A stretch of 64,000 bases of DNA, taken from an uncultured delta proteobacterium (GTDB lineage Bacteria; Myxococcota_A; Polyangia; Polyangiales; Polyangiaceae). The notes under the pieces were generated by a model. That model had not been told where the DNA came from and ran no database searches. It was given only the letters and a program-made list of their open reading frames with translations. The DNA lies in contig CAWDXG010000004.1 in the NCBI GenBank assembly GCA_963806225.1, positions 5,440,001 to 5,504,000 on the forward strand. The letters are read 5' to 3'. The position numbers and the translations under genes are program-made. How positions within the stretch are numbered: the first letter of the stretch is position 1; every line of letters starts with the position of its first letter. Below, one piece after another: positions 17,478 to 27,159 of the stretch.

Positions 17478-20093
17478 CTATTTCTTCTTCTTCTTCTTCG
17501 GCTGAGGTGGGTAGTCGTAGCCGGTGGGTCGAGTCGACGGCTTCGAACCCTTCGGCTTCCAGCGGAAAGCGTGAGGCGTCATCGGGCGGCCGAGCGCGTA
17601 CAGCACCGTGGTCTCGTAGCCGGAAACGGGCGGCGTGTCGCTGCCCGTGCGGTGAACGAATGACGGATGGCGCGAGCCGCGGTCCAGGGACATGACCCGT
17701 CGGCAACCCGTTCTCAGGAGTGCCGTGGCGACGGGGTCGGAGCTGTCGTGTCGCGCGCGGGCGATGATGACGCGGCCGTTCGGGGTTACGCAGAATGCGC
17801 CGCGCATGCGCAGCGCACCGTGGTCGCGTCCGCGCGCGACGAGGCGCCCATCGTCGGCCAGCAGCGGGAGCTGCACCGCTTCCTCGCCCGGCGCGAGCGA
17901 CGGTGTTTCTCCGGGTGCGACGACGCGCGGCGTCTTCCCCGGAGAGATGACGACCGTGGCGTAGCTGCTTCTGAGCGGCATGAGCGTCGTGTTGCCGAAG
18001 GCCAGGCCGTAGCTGGTGGCTTCCGTGGTGTGCCCCATGCCGATGGCTGCAATGACGCGATGAGCGTCGTCGCCGGTCAGCTCGAGATGTTTCGGGCCTG
18101 CGCCGTCGCTGGTCGGCTCCTTTGTGCCGGCGCAAAGCTGCCAATCGACGCGACCCGGCTCGAAGCTCAAGAGCTGGATCGGAAGGGTGCCGATCGGCAG
18201 GCTGCCCTTGAAGACGCCGGGCATCCAGGTCGGAGGCGGCTGTTGGCCGCCGTCGGGCACCCAGCGGATGCCGGAGGGATCCCCGGGCACCGGATCGCGG
18301 ACCATCATGTAGAAGAAGTCCTTCGCCGACCAGCGCACGAACTTGTCGGCCGGGATCTTCATGCCCGGGTCGAGCTTCTTCAGCGTGTACTCGTGGGCGC
18401 GAGGATCGCGCACGTCGGTGAACACGAAGCCGGAATGGGCCGGGTTCATGTCCAGGTGGATGCCGTACGAGCAGCCCGCCTGCCTGAGCGCCTTGCCCAG
18501 CGTGGGCCCGTCGATCGCCTTGCCCCAGGCGTAGTAGAGCTGCCCCGCGGCGGTGACGCAGATGGCCGTGCGTTGCGTCATCACGCTGGTGCCGGCGAGC
18601 TGCCAGCCCCAGATGTAGCGACCGGTGGGGTTGACCTTGCCGTCCTCGACGAGGGGATCGAGGTTCTGCCGGAACGAGACCAGGTTTTCCGGAATCGTCT
18701 CGGTCTGCGGCCAGCTGCCGAGCCCGGTGTCGCCGGTGTCTGTGACGACCACGGTGGCCGCGCCCTTGACCGGTGGCAGGAGCACGCGGTGGTTGACCAT
18801 CATCCCGTACTTGCCGTGTTCCGTTTTGAAGGCGCCGTTGAAGGTCGCCACAACGCGGCTCTCGATGGCCGGATCGCGCGGCAGCCGGCCGTCGCCGGGA
18901 GGGCCGGTCAGCGGTTTGGGATCCTCGAAGCCAGCCTGCATCCCGAGCTCGAGCTGACGCATGTCCATGGCGACAATCTCGACCTCGGAATACGGACGTT
19001 CCGTGTCCGGTCGAATGAAGGTCCGGTAGAAATAGGCTGGAGGATGCGACCCGGGGCTTGTGTGGGGCATCCGCTTGAGCCAGGGGTATTCGACCGCCTT
19101 CCACTGTCCTTCGCCCGGTTTCTGGTTCTTCCACAGCGAAGGGATGGGGTGCGGCGGCCAGGCGCCCGCGGACATCTTCGAAGCGTCGAGCTCGGGTGTC
19201 CTGCCGGCCCCGTCGCGCAGCGCGGAATCCTCCTTCGACGAGAACAGCTGGAACGTCGCCCGCTTGAAGGTGTCCTGGGCGCCGAACACCTTGTTCTCGA
19301 GCCAGGTGATGGGAGCGGGGCCGACTTCGGCCCGCACGGTGTCCACGCCCCACAGGACGAGCGGCTTGGGCGGGTGCACCTCGGGAATGGCTCGCGCGGC
19401 ATAGGGCTGCCCGCCGCCCGCGCCGCGTAGGGTGCGCCGCTCGACGTTGTAGACGAGGTCGCGGCTGCGTTCGCCGAGCCCGATGCGCAACAGCGGCGGG
19501 TCGAGGTCCAGGCGGGCGTGGCGCGCCGGCACATCGAGCACGATGTCGGTCCGCCCCAGCCCGGCCAGGCTGCCGGTCCGTTGGAATTCGGTGACGGCCA
19601 GGAGCAGCCGGTTGATCAAGCCGTGCGGGCGGTTGCCGCTACGGATTCCGCTGAGGTCGAGAGTGGTGATGCCCTGGATGCGGCCGTAGGCCACCGTAGC
19701 GAACACCGCGCGGGTGCCCCGGACCTGCAGCCCCACGTCGTCGCCGATGGGCGTCTGCGTGATGTCGCGGAGCTGCTCCACGCTCACCGGCTGCCCCGCG
19801 AGCGTGACCCTCACCAGCGCGCGGTACAGATCGCGAGGCTCGCCGGCATGCGGCGCCGACAGGAACAGGACCCGGCGGCCGACGAAGGTCTCCGCCAGGA
19901 AGCCGGGGCTCGGCTCCCACGCGATGTCCTTTGGCGAGACCACGCCGCCTGCAGCGTGCCCCAGCATGTGCGCCAGGCCCACCAGCGTGCGCGGCGGCGG
20001 CCGGGCCGTCGACAGACGGATGCCGAGGGCCAGGAGCGCAGCCAGGGCGGCTAGCGCCGCCCGCTGCTTGATGAATGGCCTGAACGACCTCAT
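17478..20093 (-). CDS. Large exported protein with two phosphodiester-glycosidase (NAGPA/DUF2233)-like modules
   Basis: N-terminal hydrophobic segment; FNGAFK, QRTAICVT...HLDMN and a second MRGAFCVT...MSLDRGS; ends in KKKKKK. Confidence 0.65.
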   Translation of the reverse strand: MRSFRPFIKQRAALAALAALLALGIRLSTARPPPRTLVGLAHMLGHAAGGVVSPKDIAWEPSPGFLAETFVGRRVLFLSAPHAGEPRDLYRALVRVTLAGQPVSVEQLRDITQTPIGDDVGLQVRGTRAVFATVAYGRIQGITTLDLSGIRSGNRPHGLINRLLLAVTEFQRTGSLAGLGRTDIVLDVPARHARLDLDPPLLRIGLGERSRDLVYNVERRTLRGAGGGQPYAARAIPEVHPPKPLVLWGVDTVRAEVGPAPITWLENKVFGAQDTFKRATFQLFSSKEDSALRDGAGRTPELDASKMSAGAWPPHPIPSLWKNQKPGEGQWKAVEYPWLKRMPHTSPGSHPPAYFYRTFIRPDTERPYSEVEIVAMDMRQLELGMQAGFEDPKPLTGPPGDGRLPRDPAIESRVVATFNGAFKTEHGKYGMMVNHRVLLPPVKGAATVVVTDTGDTGLGSWPQTETIPENLVSFRQNLDPLVEDGKVNPTGRYIWGWQLAGTSVMTQRTAICVTAAGQLYYAWGKAIDGPTLGKALRQAGCSYGIHLDMNPAHSGFVFTDVRDPRAHEYTLKKLDPGMKIPADKFVRWSAKDFFYMMVRDPVPGDPSGIRWVPDGGQQPPPTWMPGVFKGSLPIGTLPIQLLSFEPGRVDWQLCAGTKEPTSDGAGPKHLELTGDDAHRVIAAIGMGHTTEATSYGLAFGNTTLMPLRSSYATVVISPGKTPRVVAPGETPSLAPGEEAVQLPLLADDGRLVARGRDHGALRMRGAFCVTPNGRVIIARARHDSSDPVATALLRTGCRRVMSLDRGSRHPSFVHRTGSDTPPVSGYETTVLYALGRPMTPHAFRWKPKGSKPSTRPTGYDYPPQPKKKKKK

Positions 20094-20203
20094 GAGGCGG
20101 GGATGCGCCGGGTCTAGCGACCCGGCCGGCTCTGTGCAAGGCGGCCCGGCCCCTGGGGGGCGTGCGCGACGGCCTTGTGACCGGGCTAAGCCACTGATAA
20201 CGC

Positions 20204-21043
20204 ATGGTCCGCGTGCCGAAGAGCAATCTGGCTGTCCGGTTGGTCACCGCGGCGGTGGTCGCCCCCCTGCTGCTGGTCGTCCTGTTCCTGGCTCCCCCCT
20301 GGGCCTGGTACCTGGTCGTGTTCGCCGCCTGTGGCGTGGGCGCACAGGAGCTCTTCGGGATGACCCACCCGGGTGACAAGGTCTCGCAGAGCGCGGGGGT
20401 GCTGGTGACGCTGATGGTGTCGCTCGGCCTCTACTACCGCTCCGGGGACCCGCGGGTGCTGCTCACGATCCTGCTGCTCGTGGCGATCGTGGGCATGCTG
20501 ATGCCGTTGTGGCGCCTGGGCGATATCCCGTCGGCGGGCCTGCGCATGATGGCGGGCGTGGCTGGGCCGCTGTACGTGGGCGGGTTGCTCACGACGATTG
20601 GGCTGATGCGTCGCGACGCCGGTGCGGACGGTCCGTCGTACGTGCTCCTGACCCTGATGATCGCCTGGCTGGGGGACACCGGGGGCTACTTCTTCGGGCG
20701 CTTCCTGGGCAAGACGAAGCTCTATGAAGCCGTCAGCCCGAAGAAGACCCGCGCCGGCTTCGTGGGCTCGCTGATAGGGTCGATGGTGGGCGCGCTACTG
20801 GCGCATTTCTGGTACCTGCCGAGCATTCCGCTGCTGCACGCCCTGCCACTCGCCCTGGTGGCCGGAGCGCTGGGTCAGTTCGGCGATCTGGTGGAATCAC
20901 TGCTCAAGCGCTCCACCGGGATCAAGGACTCGGGGTGGATCATCCCCGGACACGGCGGCATTCTCGACCGTATCGACGCGCTGCTGGTCGCGAGCTCCGT
21001 CGTGTACCTCTATACGCTCTGGATCCGCCCGCCAGCGTCGTGA
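20204..21043 (+). CDS. cdsA: Phosphatidate cytidylyltransferase
   Basis: Multi-TM; DTGGYFFGR, VSPKKT, GDLVESLLKR..GIKDSG.IIPGHGGILDRIDA signature. Confidence 0.96.
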   Translation: MVRVPKSNLAVRLVTAAVVAPLLLVVLFLAPPWAWYLVVFAACGVGAQELFGMTHPGDKVSQSAGVLVTLMVSLGLYYRSGDPRVLLTILLLVAIVGMLMPLWRLGDIPSAGLRMMAGVAGPLYVGGLLTTIGLMRRDAGADGPSYVLLTLMIAWLGDTGGYFFGRFLGKTKLYEAVSPKKTRAGFVGSLIGSMVGALLAHFWYLPSIPLLHALPLALVAGALGQFGDLVESLLKRSTGIKDSGWIIPGHGGILDRIDALLVASSVVYLYTLWIRPPAS

Positions 21044-21211
21044 CGAAGCGATCGTAGTCGTCCGGTAACGCGCCGCGTTGTCGAAAAAATTCGCGCAACC
21101 CATGGAAACGCGCCAGAAACTCTGTCGAAATGGCGTGTGTTTCGGGCAATCGGTCCTTCCTTGAGCCGAACCGATCCAGCCGCGCCGCCAAGAGCAGGAG
21201 AGATCATCCCC

Positions 21212-22591
21212 ATGGACAACGGGCACAATGCGCTCGCCGACGACTTTCCACAATCGGCGCCCTATTCGACGCCGCCGAACGACGATCCGGATCGTGAGGA
21301 AAAGGAGGAGAAGGCCGCTCGCGGTGAAGACAAGCATCGCTACGAGTTCTTCCGCGTCATCCAGCACTATCTGGACGAGGCCGCGCGCATCATCAAGATG
21401 CCGGACTACATCCGGACCATCCTGAGCCAGCCGAAGAACGAGCTGATCGTGCACTTCCCCGTCCGCATGGACGACGGTGAATACCGTCTGTTCAAGGGCT
21501 ACCGCATCCAGCACTCGAACATCCTCGGTCCGTACAAAGGCGGGATGCGCTTCCACGAGAGCGCGTCGCTCGACGACTTCAAGGCGCTCGGAGCGATGAT
21601 GACGTGGAAGTGCTCGCTCATGAACCTGCCCTTCGGCGGCGCCAAGGGGGGCATCAAGTTCAATCCGCGCAACGTGTCGCGCAACGAGCTGCAGCGCATC
21701 ACGCGGCGCTTCTTCCACGCACTCGGTTCGAATATCGGACCGGACTACGACATCCCCGCTCCCGACATGGGCACCAACGCGCAGACCATGGCGTGGGCGA
21801 TGGACACGTACGTGAACACCGTCGGCATGGTGAGCAAGCAGGCGGTGATGGGTGTGGTGACCGGCAAGCCGGTAACCAGCGGCGGGACCTACGGTCGCGA
21901 CAAGGCGACGGGGCAGGGCATCGTGCACTGCATCCACGAGTGGGCCGAACGCACGCGCTTCGACCTGGAGGGCAAGAAGCTCATCGTCCAGGGCTTCGGC
22001 AACGTTGGCTCGCATTGCGCGGTGCTACTCAGCCACTCCGGCGTGTCGCTGGTCGCGGTCGGCGATCACACCGGCTACCTGTACAATCCCGAAGGCTTCA
22101 ACGCGCACCGACTCCAGAAGTACGTGTTGGAGAACGGGTCCATCGAGGGCTATCCCGCGGGCGAGAAGATCACGCGCGAGCAGTTCTTCGAGGTACAGGC
22201 CGACATTTTCGTGCCCGCGGCGCTGGAAAACCAGGTCGGGGTCGATGAAGCCGAGGCGCTGCAGGTGCGGCTCGTCGCCGAAGGCGCCAACGGCCCGTGC
22301 TCGCCGGCGGGCGAAGAGGTGCTGCTCCGGCGCGGCATCGACGTGCTGCCCGATGTGCTCGCGAACGCCGGCGGCGTCACCGTGAGCTACTACGAGTGGG
22401 TGCAGAACCGGCGCAGCGAGCAGTGGGCGCTGGCGGAGGTCGACCAGCGGCTGGAGCAGGCCATGCGTGGCGCCTACCAGCGCATGATGGAGTTCGCCCG
22501 CAGCTATGACTGCACCTATCGCCAGGCCTGCTACGGCGTCGCGCTGCAGCGACTGGTGACAGTGTACGGCGAGCGCGAGATCTTCCCGTGA
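21212..22591 (+). CDS. gdhA: Glu/Leu/Phe/Val dehydrogenase (glutamate dehydrogenase)
   Basis: GPYKGGMRF, PFGGAKGG, DIPAPDMGT, VTGKP, QGFGNVG, EGANGP, NAGGVTVSYYEWVQN. Confidence 0.93.
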   Translation: MDNGHNALADDFPQSAPYSTPPNDDPDREEKEEKAARGEDKHRYEFFRVIQHYLDEAARIIKMPDYIRTILSQPKNELIVHFPVRMDDGEYRLFKGYRIQHSNILGPYKGGMRFHESASLDDFKALGAMMTWKCSLMNLPFGGAKGGIKFNPRNVSRNELQRITRRFFHALGSNIGPDYDIPAPDMGTNAQTMAWAMDTYVNTVGMVSKQAVMGVVTGKPVTSGGTYGRDKATGQGIVHCIHEWAERTRFDLEGKKLIVQGFGNVGSHCAVLLSHSGVSLVAVGDHTGYLYNPEGFNAHRLQKYVLENGSIEGYPAGEKITREQFFEVQADIFVPAALENQVGVDEAEALQVRLVAEGANGPCSPAGEEVLLRRGIDVLPDVLANAGGVTVSYYEWVQNRRSEQWALAEVDQRLEQAMRGAYQRMMEFARSYDCTYRQACYGVALQRLVTVYGEREIFP

Positions 22592-22696
22592 ATGGCGCTT
22601 GCGGGGTGCGCGCATGTGCGCCCCGCACGTACGCCGACAGCGCGCGGCCGCGGGCTTCGCATAGGGCGTGCCCGGGCGGGGACGACCCGCTAGTCT

Positions 22697-23656
22697 ATGG
22701 GCACCGAGATGCTGCGCGCAGTGCCACCGCCGGACTTCCGCTACGTCGGGCTCCAGCCCTGTCCGACGGGACGCAGCCTCGCGCTCTTCGCAGCTGGTGC
22801 CGGCATTGGAACGTTCGGCGTCGGATTGGCGCTTGCCGGAGCCGAGCTCGGCACACTGGCGCTAGCCGGCGCAGCCGGAGCATGCACCGCGATGCTGGTC
22901 GGCCGCGGGCGCGGCCCGCTCTCGAGGGGGCTCGGGCTGCGGCAGGTCGCGATGGCCATCGTACCCTGGGGCGTGCGCGTCGACAGCGAGCTCGGCCTGC
23001 GCCTGCTGCGCTGGGCGGCGGTCCGCTCGGTGAACGTCGACTTCGTCCACGAGATGGACCATGCGACGCCGTCGACGCGCTGGAGCCTGGTGACGATCGA
23101 GACCGACCAGGAGCTGCTCGGCGGCCGAGCAGCCGGTGGCGTCTCGCTCGAGTGCCTGGAAGCACACGTGCGGAGCTATGCCGACGAAGCGGCGCGACCA
23201 GTGGCGCTCGATCTGGACGGCCAACGGCCGCTCGAGCCCGGCTTCGAGCCCGCGTTCGAGCAGCTCTTGTGCGAAGCCCGTCGGATGCTTCACGCCGGCG
23301 ACCTGGGCGAGCGACTCCAGCTGCCGCCGGGCAGCTACCGCGAGGCGGGGTCGAGGCGGTCCACAGCGCGGGCTTGCGAGCTGTTGCGTCTCGCGCTGGT
23401 CGATTGCCGCGCTGCCGCGGCCGATCCACGTCCCCTGGCCGCCGTGTTGGCGGCGGAGCTCGGCGAGACGCGCCTGCTCGAGACGCTCTGCTCGCTGTCC
23501 GCCTGTCCGCACCCGCTGGTGGCGGCGGTCTGTCGGGCGGCGGCGCTGCGTCTCGGTGCCGACGTCAAGCGGATCGGCGCCGTGGAGGAGGTGTGCGACT
23601 TCGTAGCGGACGCCGATCTCCGGGAGCTCGGCGCCTGGGCGCGCGGCTCTGCCTAG
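22697..23656 (+). CDS. Hypothetical membrane protein
   Basis: Two N-terminal hydrophobic helices, helical C-terminal region; fills the gap between gdh and the beta-barrel gene. Confidence 0.65.
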   Translation: MGTEMLRAVPPPDFRYVGLQPCPTGRSLALFAAGAGIGTFGVGLALAGAELGTLALAGAAGACTAMLVGRGRGPLSRGLGLRQVAMAIVPWGVRVDSELGLRLLRWAAVRSVNVDFVHEMDHATPSTRWSLVTIETDQELLGGRAAGGVSLECLEAHVRSYADEAARPVALDLDGQRPLEPGFEPAFEQLLCEARRMLHAGDLGERLQLPPGSYREAGSRRSTARACELLRLALVDCRAAAADPRPLAAVLAAELGETRLLETLCSLSACPHPLVAAVCRAAALRLGADVKRIGAVEEVCDFVADADLRELGAWARGSA

Positions 23657-23697
23657 GCGTCGCCTCCGCGGATTCCGTGCTGCGTTCCCGCCCGCCG

Positions 23698-23727
23698 TTG
23701 ACAGCGCGAAGCGGGCTCGACGATGCT
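23698..23727 (+). promoter_or_regulatory. Possible sigma70 promoter for the barrel-cytochrome operon
   Basis: Perfect TTGACA at 23698, weak -10 (GATGCT) at 18 bp spacing. Confidence 0.3.
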
Positions 23728-23814
23728 CCGCTCTGCCGGCGCGCCGGATGGCAGCTTGTGCGACGGCGATCTGGAGCCCGATTTGGGAATCCCTCCTTTC
23801 GGCCGGTGCGTAGG

Positions 23815-25335
23815 ATGGTGACGCGCAGAGTCTGCTGCTCGACGGTTCTGGTCGTCGCGCTGGCGGCGTCGTGGCCGGCGACAGCCCGCGCCTACGAGGC
23901 CGACGTCGACTCGTCGTTTGCAGGTCAGTGGTACACGCTGTCGAGCCCGTACGGGGAGCCCCTGCTCCGGCGTCGCCGCTACACGCAGATGCTCGGGCTG
24001 ACGCTGTACGACCTCCAGGGCGATTTCGTCCCGGGCGGACCGCAGCTGTCGTTCAAGTCACGCATGCGAATCGACGCCGATTTCGGCCAGTCGAGCGACG
24101 AACGCAATCCGGGCGACGACGGGCGCTACATACCCGGACTGCGGCAGGCGCCGCTCGACCTGATGTACGCCTACCTCGAGGGGCGTCACTACTTCGGGGG
24201 ATGGTTCGGATTCCGGCTGGGGCGGCAGTACGTCACCGACATGCTCGGCTGGTGGTCCTTCGACGGGGGGATGGTGCGCCTGACGACGCCGGCCTTTTTC
24301 CAGGTGGAAGCCTACGGAGGGTTCGAGCAACGTGGTGGCCTGCACATGCTTTCCACCTCGCGCTTCGAAGGCGACGGCGTCTATCGCGGTGACCGTAGTG
24401 CCCTGGAAACCAACCAGTGGCCCAGCTACCTTTCCGAGTCGAAGCTCGCACCCGCTTACGGCGTCGCCGTGGAGAGCAGCGGCGTGCAGTGGCTGCACGG
24501 TAGGCTGAGCTACCGCAAGGTCATGAATCGCGACACGGTGGTCATCTCGCCGTTCCCGGACGCGCAGAATCGCTACACTGTCGTGGGAGGCAACCGCGTC
24601 TCGAGCGAAAAGCTCGGCTACTCGGCGCGGCTCGAGGCATCGAGGCTGGGTTCGATTGGCGGGAACTTCGTCTACGACCTGTACAACCAGGCGTTCAGCC
24701 AGTACCAGGGCTCGCTCGACTGGTACGCAACGCCCCGCATCGAGGTCGGGGCCAACTACGACTACTACCTGCCGACCTTCGACGGCGACTCGATCTTCAA
24801 CTGGTTTGCGCACAGCGGCATGCAGCGTGCGATCGCCCGGGCCAGCTGGCGCATCGTGCGCCCGCTTGTCGTGTCCGCGTCCGGCGGCGTGCAGCTGTAT
24901 TCGACCGATGGCAATCCGGACCGCTACGCGACCGCTGCCGCCGATCCGGGCGCCACGCCGGTCCAGACCGGCAACGCATTGCTGCTCGATACCATCGCGC
25001 GGGTGGGCGGCAGCTACCGCTGGTCCGACGGCAGCTTGGCCCTGGCGAGCCTGCTCCAGACCGGCCAGACGGGTCATCAGGCGGGTGCGGACATCACCGC
25101 GAAGAAGCGCTTTGTCGGCGGCTTCTACGACACGCTCGTCCTCGTGTCGCTGTACGACTGGCGCGATGCGCTCCGCCCGGGCCGGGATGCAACGAGCTTC
25201 ACCTACGTGCTTGGAGGCGGGATCTCGCCGCTCCGGCGCATGCGCCTCGGTATCGAGTGGGAGCACAGCATGAACCGACTGGTGGGGCAGCGCTTCCGGG
25301 CGCTCGCAACGCTGGACGTGGCGGTGTCCCGATGA
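23815..25335 (+). CDS. Outer-membrane beta-barrel (porin-like) protein, 506 aa
   Basis: Signal peptide ending ATARA, aromatic/Gly-rich alternating strands (LMYAYLEG..FRLGRQY..WWSFDGG), ATGA overlap with the cytochrome gene. Confidence 0.8.
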   Translation: MVTRRVCCSTVLVVALAASWPATARAYEADVDSSFAGQWYTLSSPYGEPLLRRRRYTQMLGLTLYDLQGDFVPGGPQLSFKSRMRIDADFGQSSDERNPGDDGRYIPGLRQAPLDLMYAYLEGRHYFGGWFGFRLGRQYVTDMLGWWSFDGGMVRLTTPAFFQVEAYGGFEQRGGLHMLSTSRFEGDGVYRGDRSALETNQWPSYLSESKLAPAYGVAVESSGVQWLHGRLSYRKVMNRDTVVISPFPDAQNRYTVVGGNRVSSEKLGYSARLEASRLGSIGGNFVYDLYNQAFSQYQGSLDWYATPRIEVGANYDYYLPTFDGDSIFNWFAHSGMQRAIARASWRIVRPLVVSASGGVQLYSTDGNPDRYATAAADPGATPVQTGNALLLDTIARVGGSYRWSDGSLALASLLQTGQTGHQAGADITAKKRFVGGFYDTLVLVSLYDWRDALRPGRDATSFTYVLGGGISPLRRMRLGIEWEHSMNRLVGQRFRALATLDVAVSR

Positions 25336-26721
25336 AGCCCGCGGCCTGGTGGTTGGTGCTCACGTGCGCGCTCGCCCTGGCAGCGGGCGTCTGGGTCGGT
25401 GACCCGCGACCGGCCCGGGCGGACGCGCTGCCCGTTGCTTCGACCGCTCCGGGCAGTTCGAGCGCGGTCGCTCCGCCTGCGCCGGTCCACGGTCTGGCTC
25501 CGCTTCCTGCGGGCAAAGCCGTCCCGCTGTACGATCGCCCGCCGGGTGCGTCCGCGGGAGACGGCGGACCGAACCCTGCTGTCTTCCCACCACAGAAGCT
25601 CACGATCCGTTTCAATCACGACAAGCACGTCAAGCAGCTGCACCTGGCCTGTACGAGCTGCCACACGCGCGCGAAGACCAGCCGCTCGAGCCAGGACCGC
25701 CTGCTGCCTTCCGCGACCCGTTGCGACGGCTGCCACCACACCGATCACCGCGACCTCGATGCTGTCCGGAAGAACGGCGGCGCGCTGATCGGCCAGTGCG
25801 GGTACTGCCACGTCGGCTACCACGACGGAGACGGAAACCGCGTGGCGCGGCAGCGCATCCCCCCGCCGCACCTGCGTTTCAGCCACGCGGCGCACGCGGC
25901 CCACAACATCGGCTGTCGCCAGTGCCACGGTGCAGTCCAGAACCTCGAGCTGGCGACGCGCGACCAGCTTCCCCGCATGCGGGGCTGCTTCAGCTGCCAC
26001 CAGATGCCGCCGCCTGCCCGGGGCAAGGCCCAGAGCAGCTGCACGACGTGTCACCTGCGCGGCTCCGGCGGCCTGATGAAGACCCGCTTTCCGACGGGCG
26101 TGCTCAGTCCGCCGGCCTGGCTGCACAACGCGGGGCACGGACCCGGCTGGCTCCAGCGCCATCGTTCCGTGGCTGCCAACGACAGCCGGCTCTGCGCAAC
26201 CTGTCACAGCGAGCGCTACTGCACCGACTGTCACGACGGGCGCGTCCGGCCCCGTCAGGATCCACCCGAACGATTGGCTGGACCTGCACGCGGTGGCTGC
26301 GCGGCAGAACAACCCGCGCTGCACCAGCTGCCACCGCGAACAATCCTTCTGCCTGGGCTGCCACCAGCGCGCCGGAGTGACAGCGAGTGGTCCGTACGCA
26401 AACTTTGCCGGCCGGGGCCGCTTCCATCCTCCGAAGGCGGTCTGGACCGATCCGCCGCGGGGCCCCGGTCATCACTCCTGGGCGGCCGAGCGGAACCTGA
26501 ACGCATGCGTCAGTTGTCACACCGAGCGGGACTGCGCGACCTGCCACGCGACCGCCGCCGTGGGCGGGCGTGGTGTCGGGCCGGGCGGCGGGTTGGGGCG
26601 GGGCGTCGATCCGCATCCTCCCGGCTTCATGGCTCGCTGTCGTGGCGCGCTGCAGAAGAACGCACGCCCTTGTCTGGTCTGCCACGATCCGGCCGATCCG
26701 CAGCTCGACCAATGCCGTTGA
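25332..26721 (+). CDS. Multiheme c-type cytochrome, 13 CXXCH motifs (one apparent frameshift ~26258)
   Basis: Signal peptide; CTSCH, CDGCH, CGYCH, CRQCH, CFSCH, CTTCH, CATCH, CTDCH, then after removing one G: CTSCH, CLGCH, CVSCH, CATCH, CLVCH. FNHDKH and FSHAAH distal-His motifs. Confidence 0.92.
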
Positions 26722-26904
26722 CCCGCTTCCCCCCTGTTCAAGCGACGGATCCGCCCGGTGGGCGACTCGTCGCGGCACCGGACGCTTCCGGGGCTTGGAC
26801 CGCGTGCGCGATGGCAGTGCTAATCTGCTTGCGCCGGCGTTCGCGGGACGGGTATAGCGGGAGGCCGCCGGTGGTTCCGCCGCCGCACCACAAGGAGGCC
26901 CTTG

Positions 26905-27159
26905 GTGAAGGAGCTTGTCCGCTATTTAATGGAGAACATGTACCTCGATTTCCAGGGGGACATCTCCGTCGAGAAGGTGCGCGAGTTCCTGCGCGAGGAC
27001 GACAGCCGGGACGCTCGTCAGTTGCTTTCGAAGATCATCGAGGAGAAAGGTGTCGACGACCTCCTCATCACGCTCGCCGATTGCCTGAAGGAGAGCATCC
27101 GCACGGGTGTCAACGAGGACACCATCCGCGATCAGCTGTCGCTCTATTCCGAAAGCTGA
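26905..27159 (+). CDS. Small acidic helical hypothetical protein (84 aa)
   Basis: AAGGAGG RBS, clean coding-like codon usage, KELVRYLMENMYLDFQGDIS...LYSES. Confidence 0.8.
   Translation: MKELVRYLMENMYLDFQGDISVEKVREFLREDDSRDARQLLSKIIEEKGVDDLLITLADCLKESIRTGVNEDTIRDQLSLYSES

Noticed and set aside
22588..23814. N-terminal 409 aa of the 915-aa ORF
   Set aside because: Off-frame overlap with the 22697..23656 gene; the signal peptide of the barrel starts at 23815.
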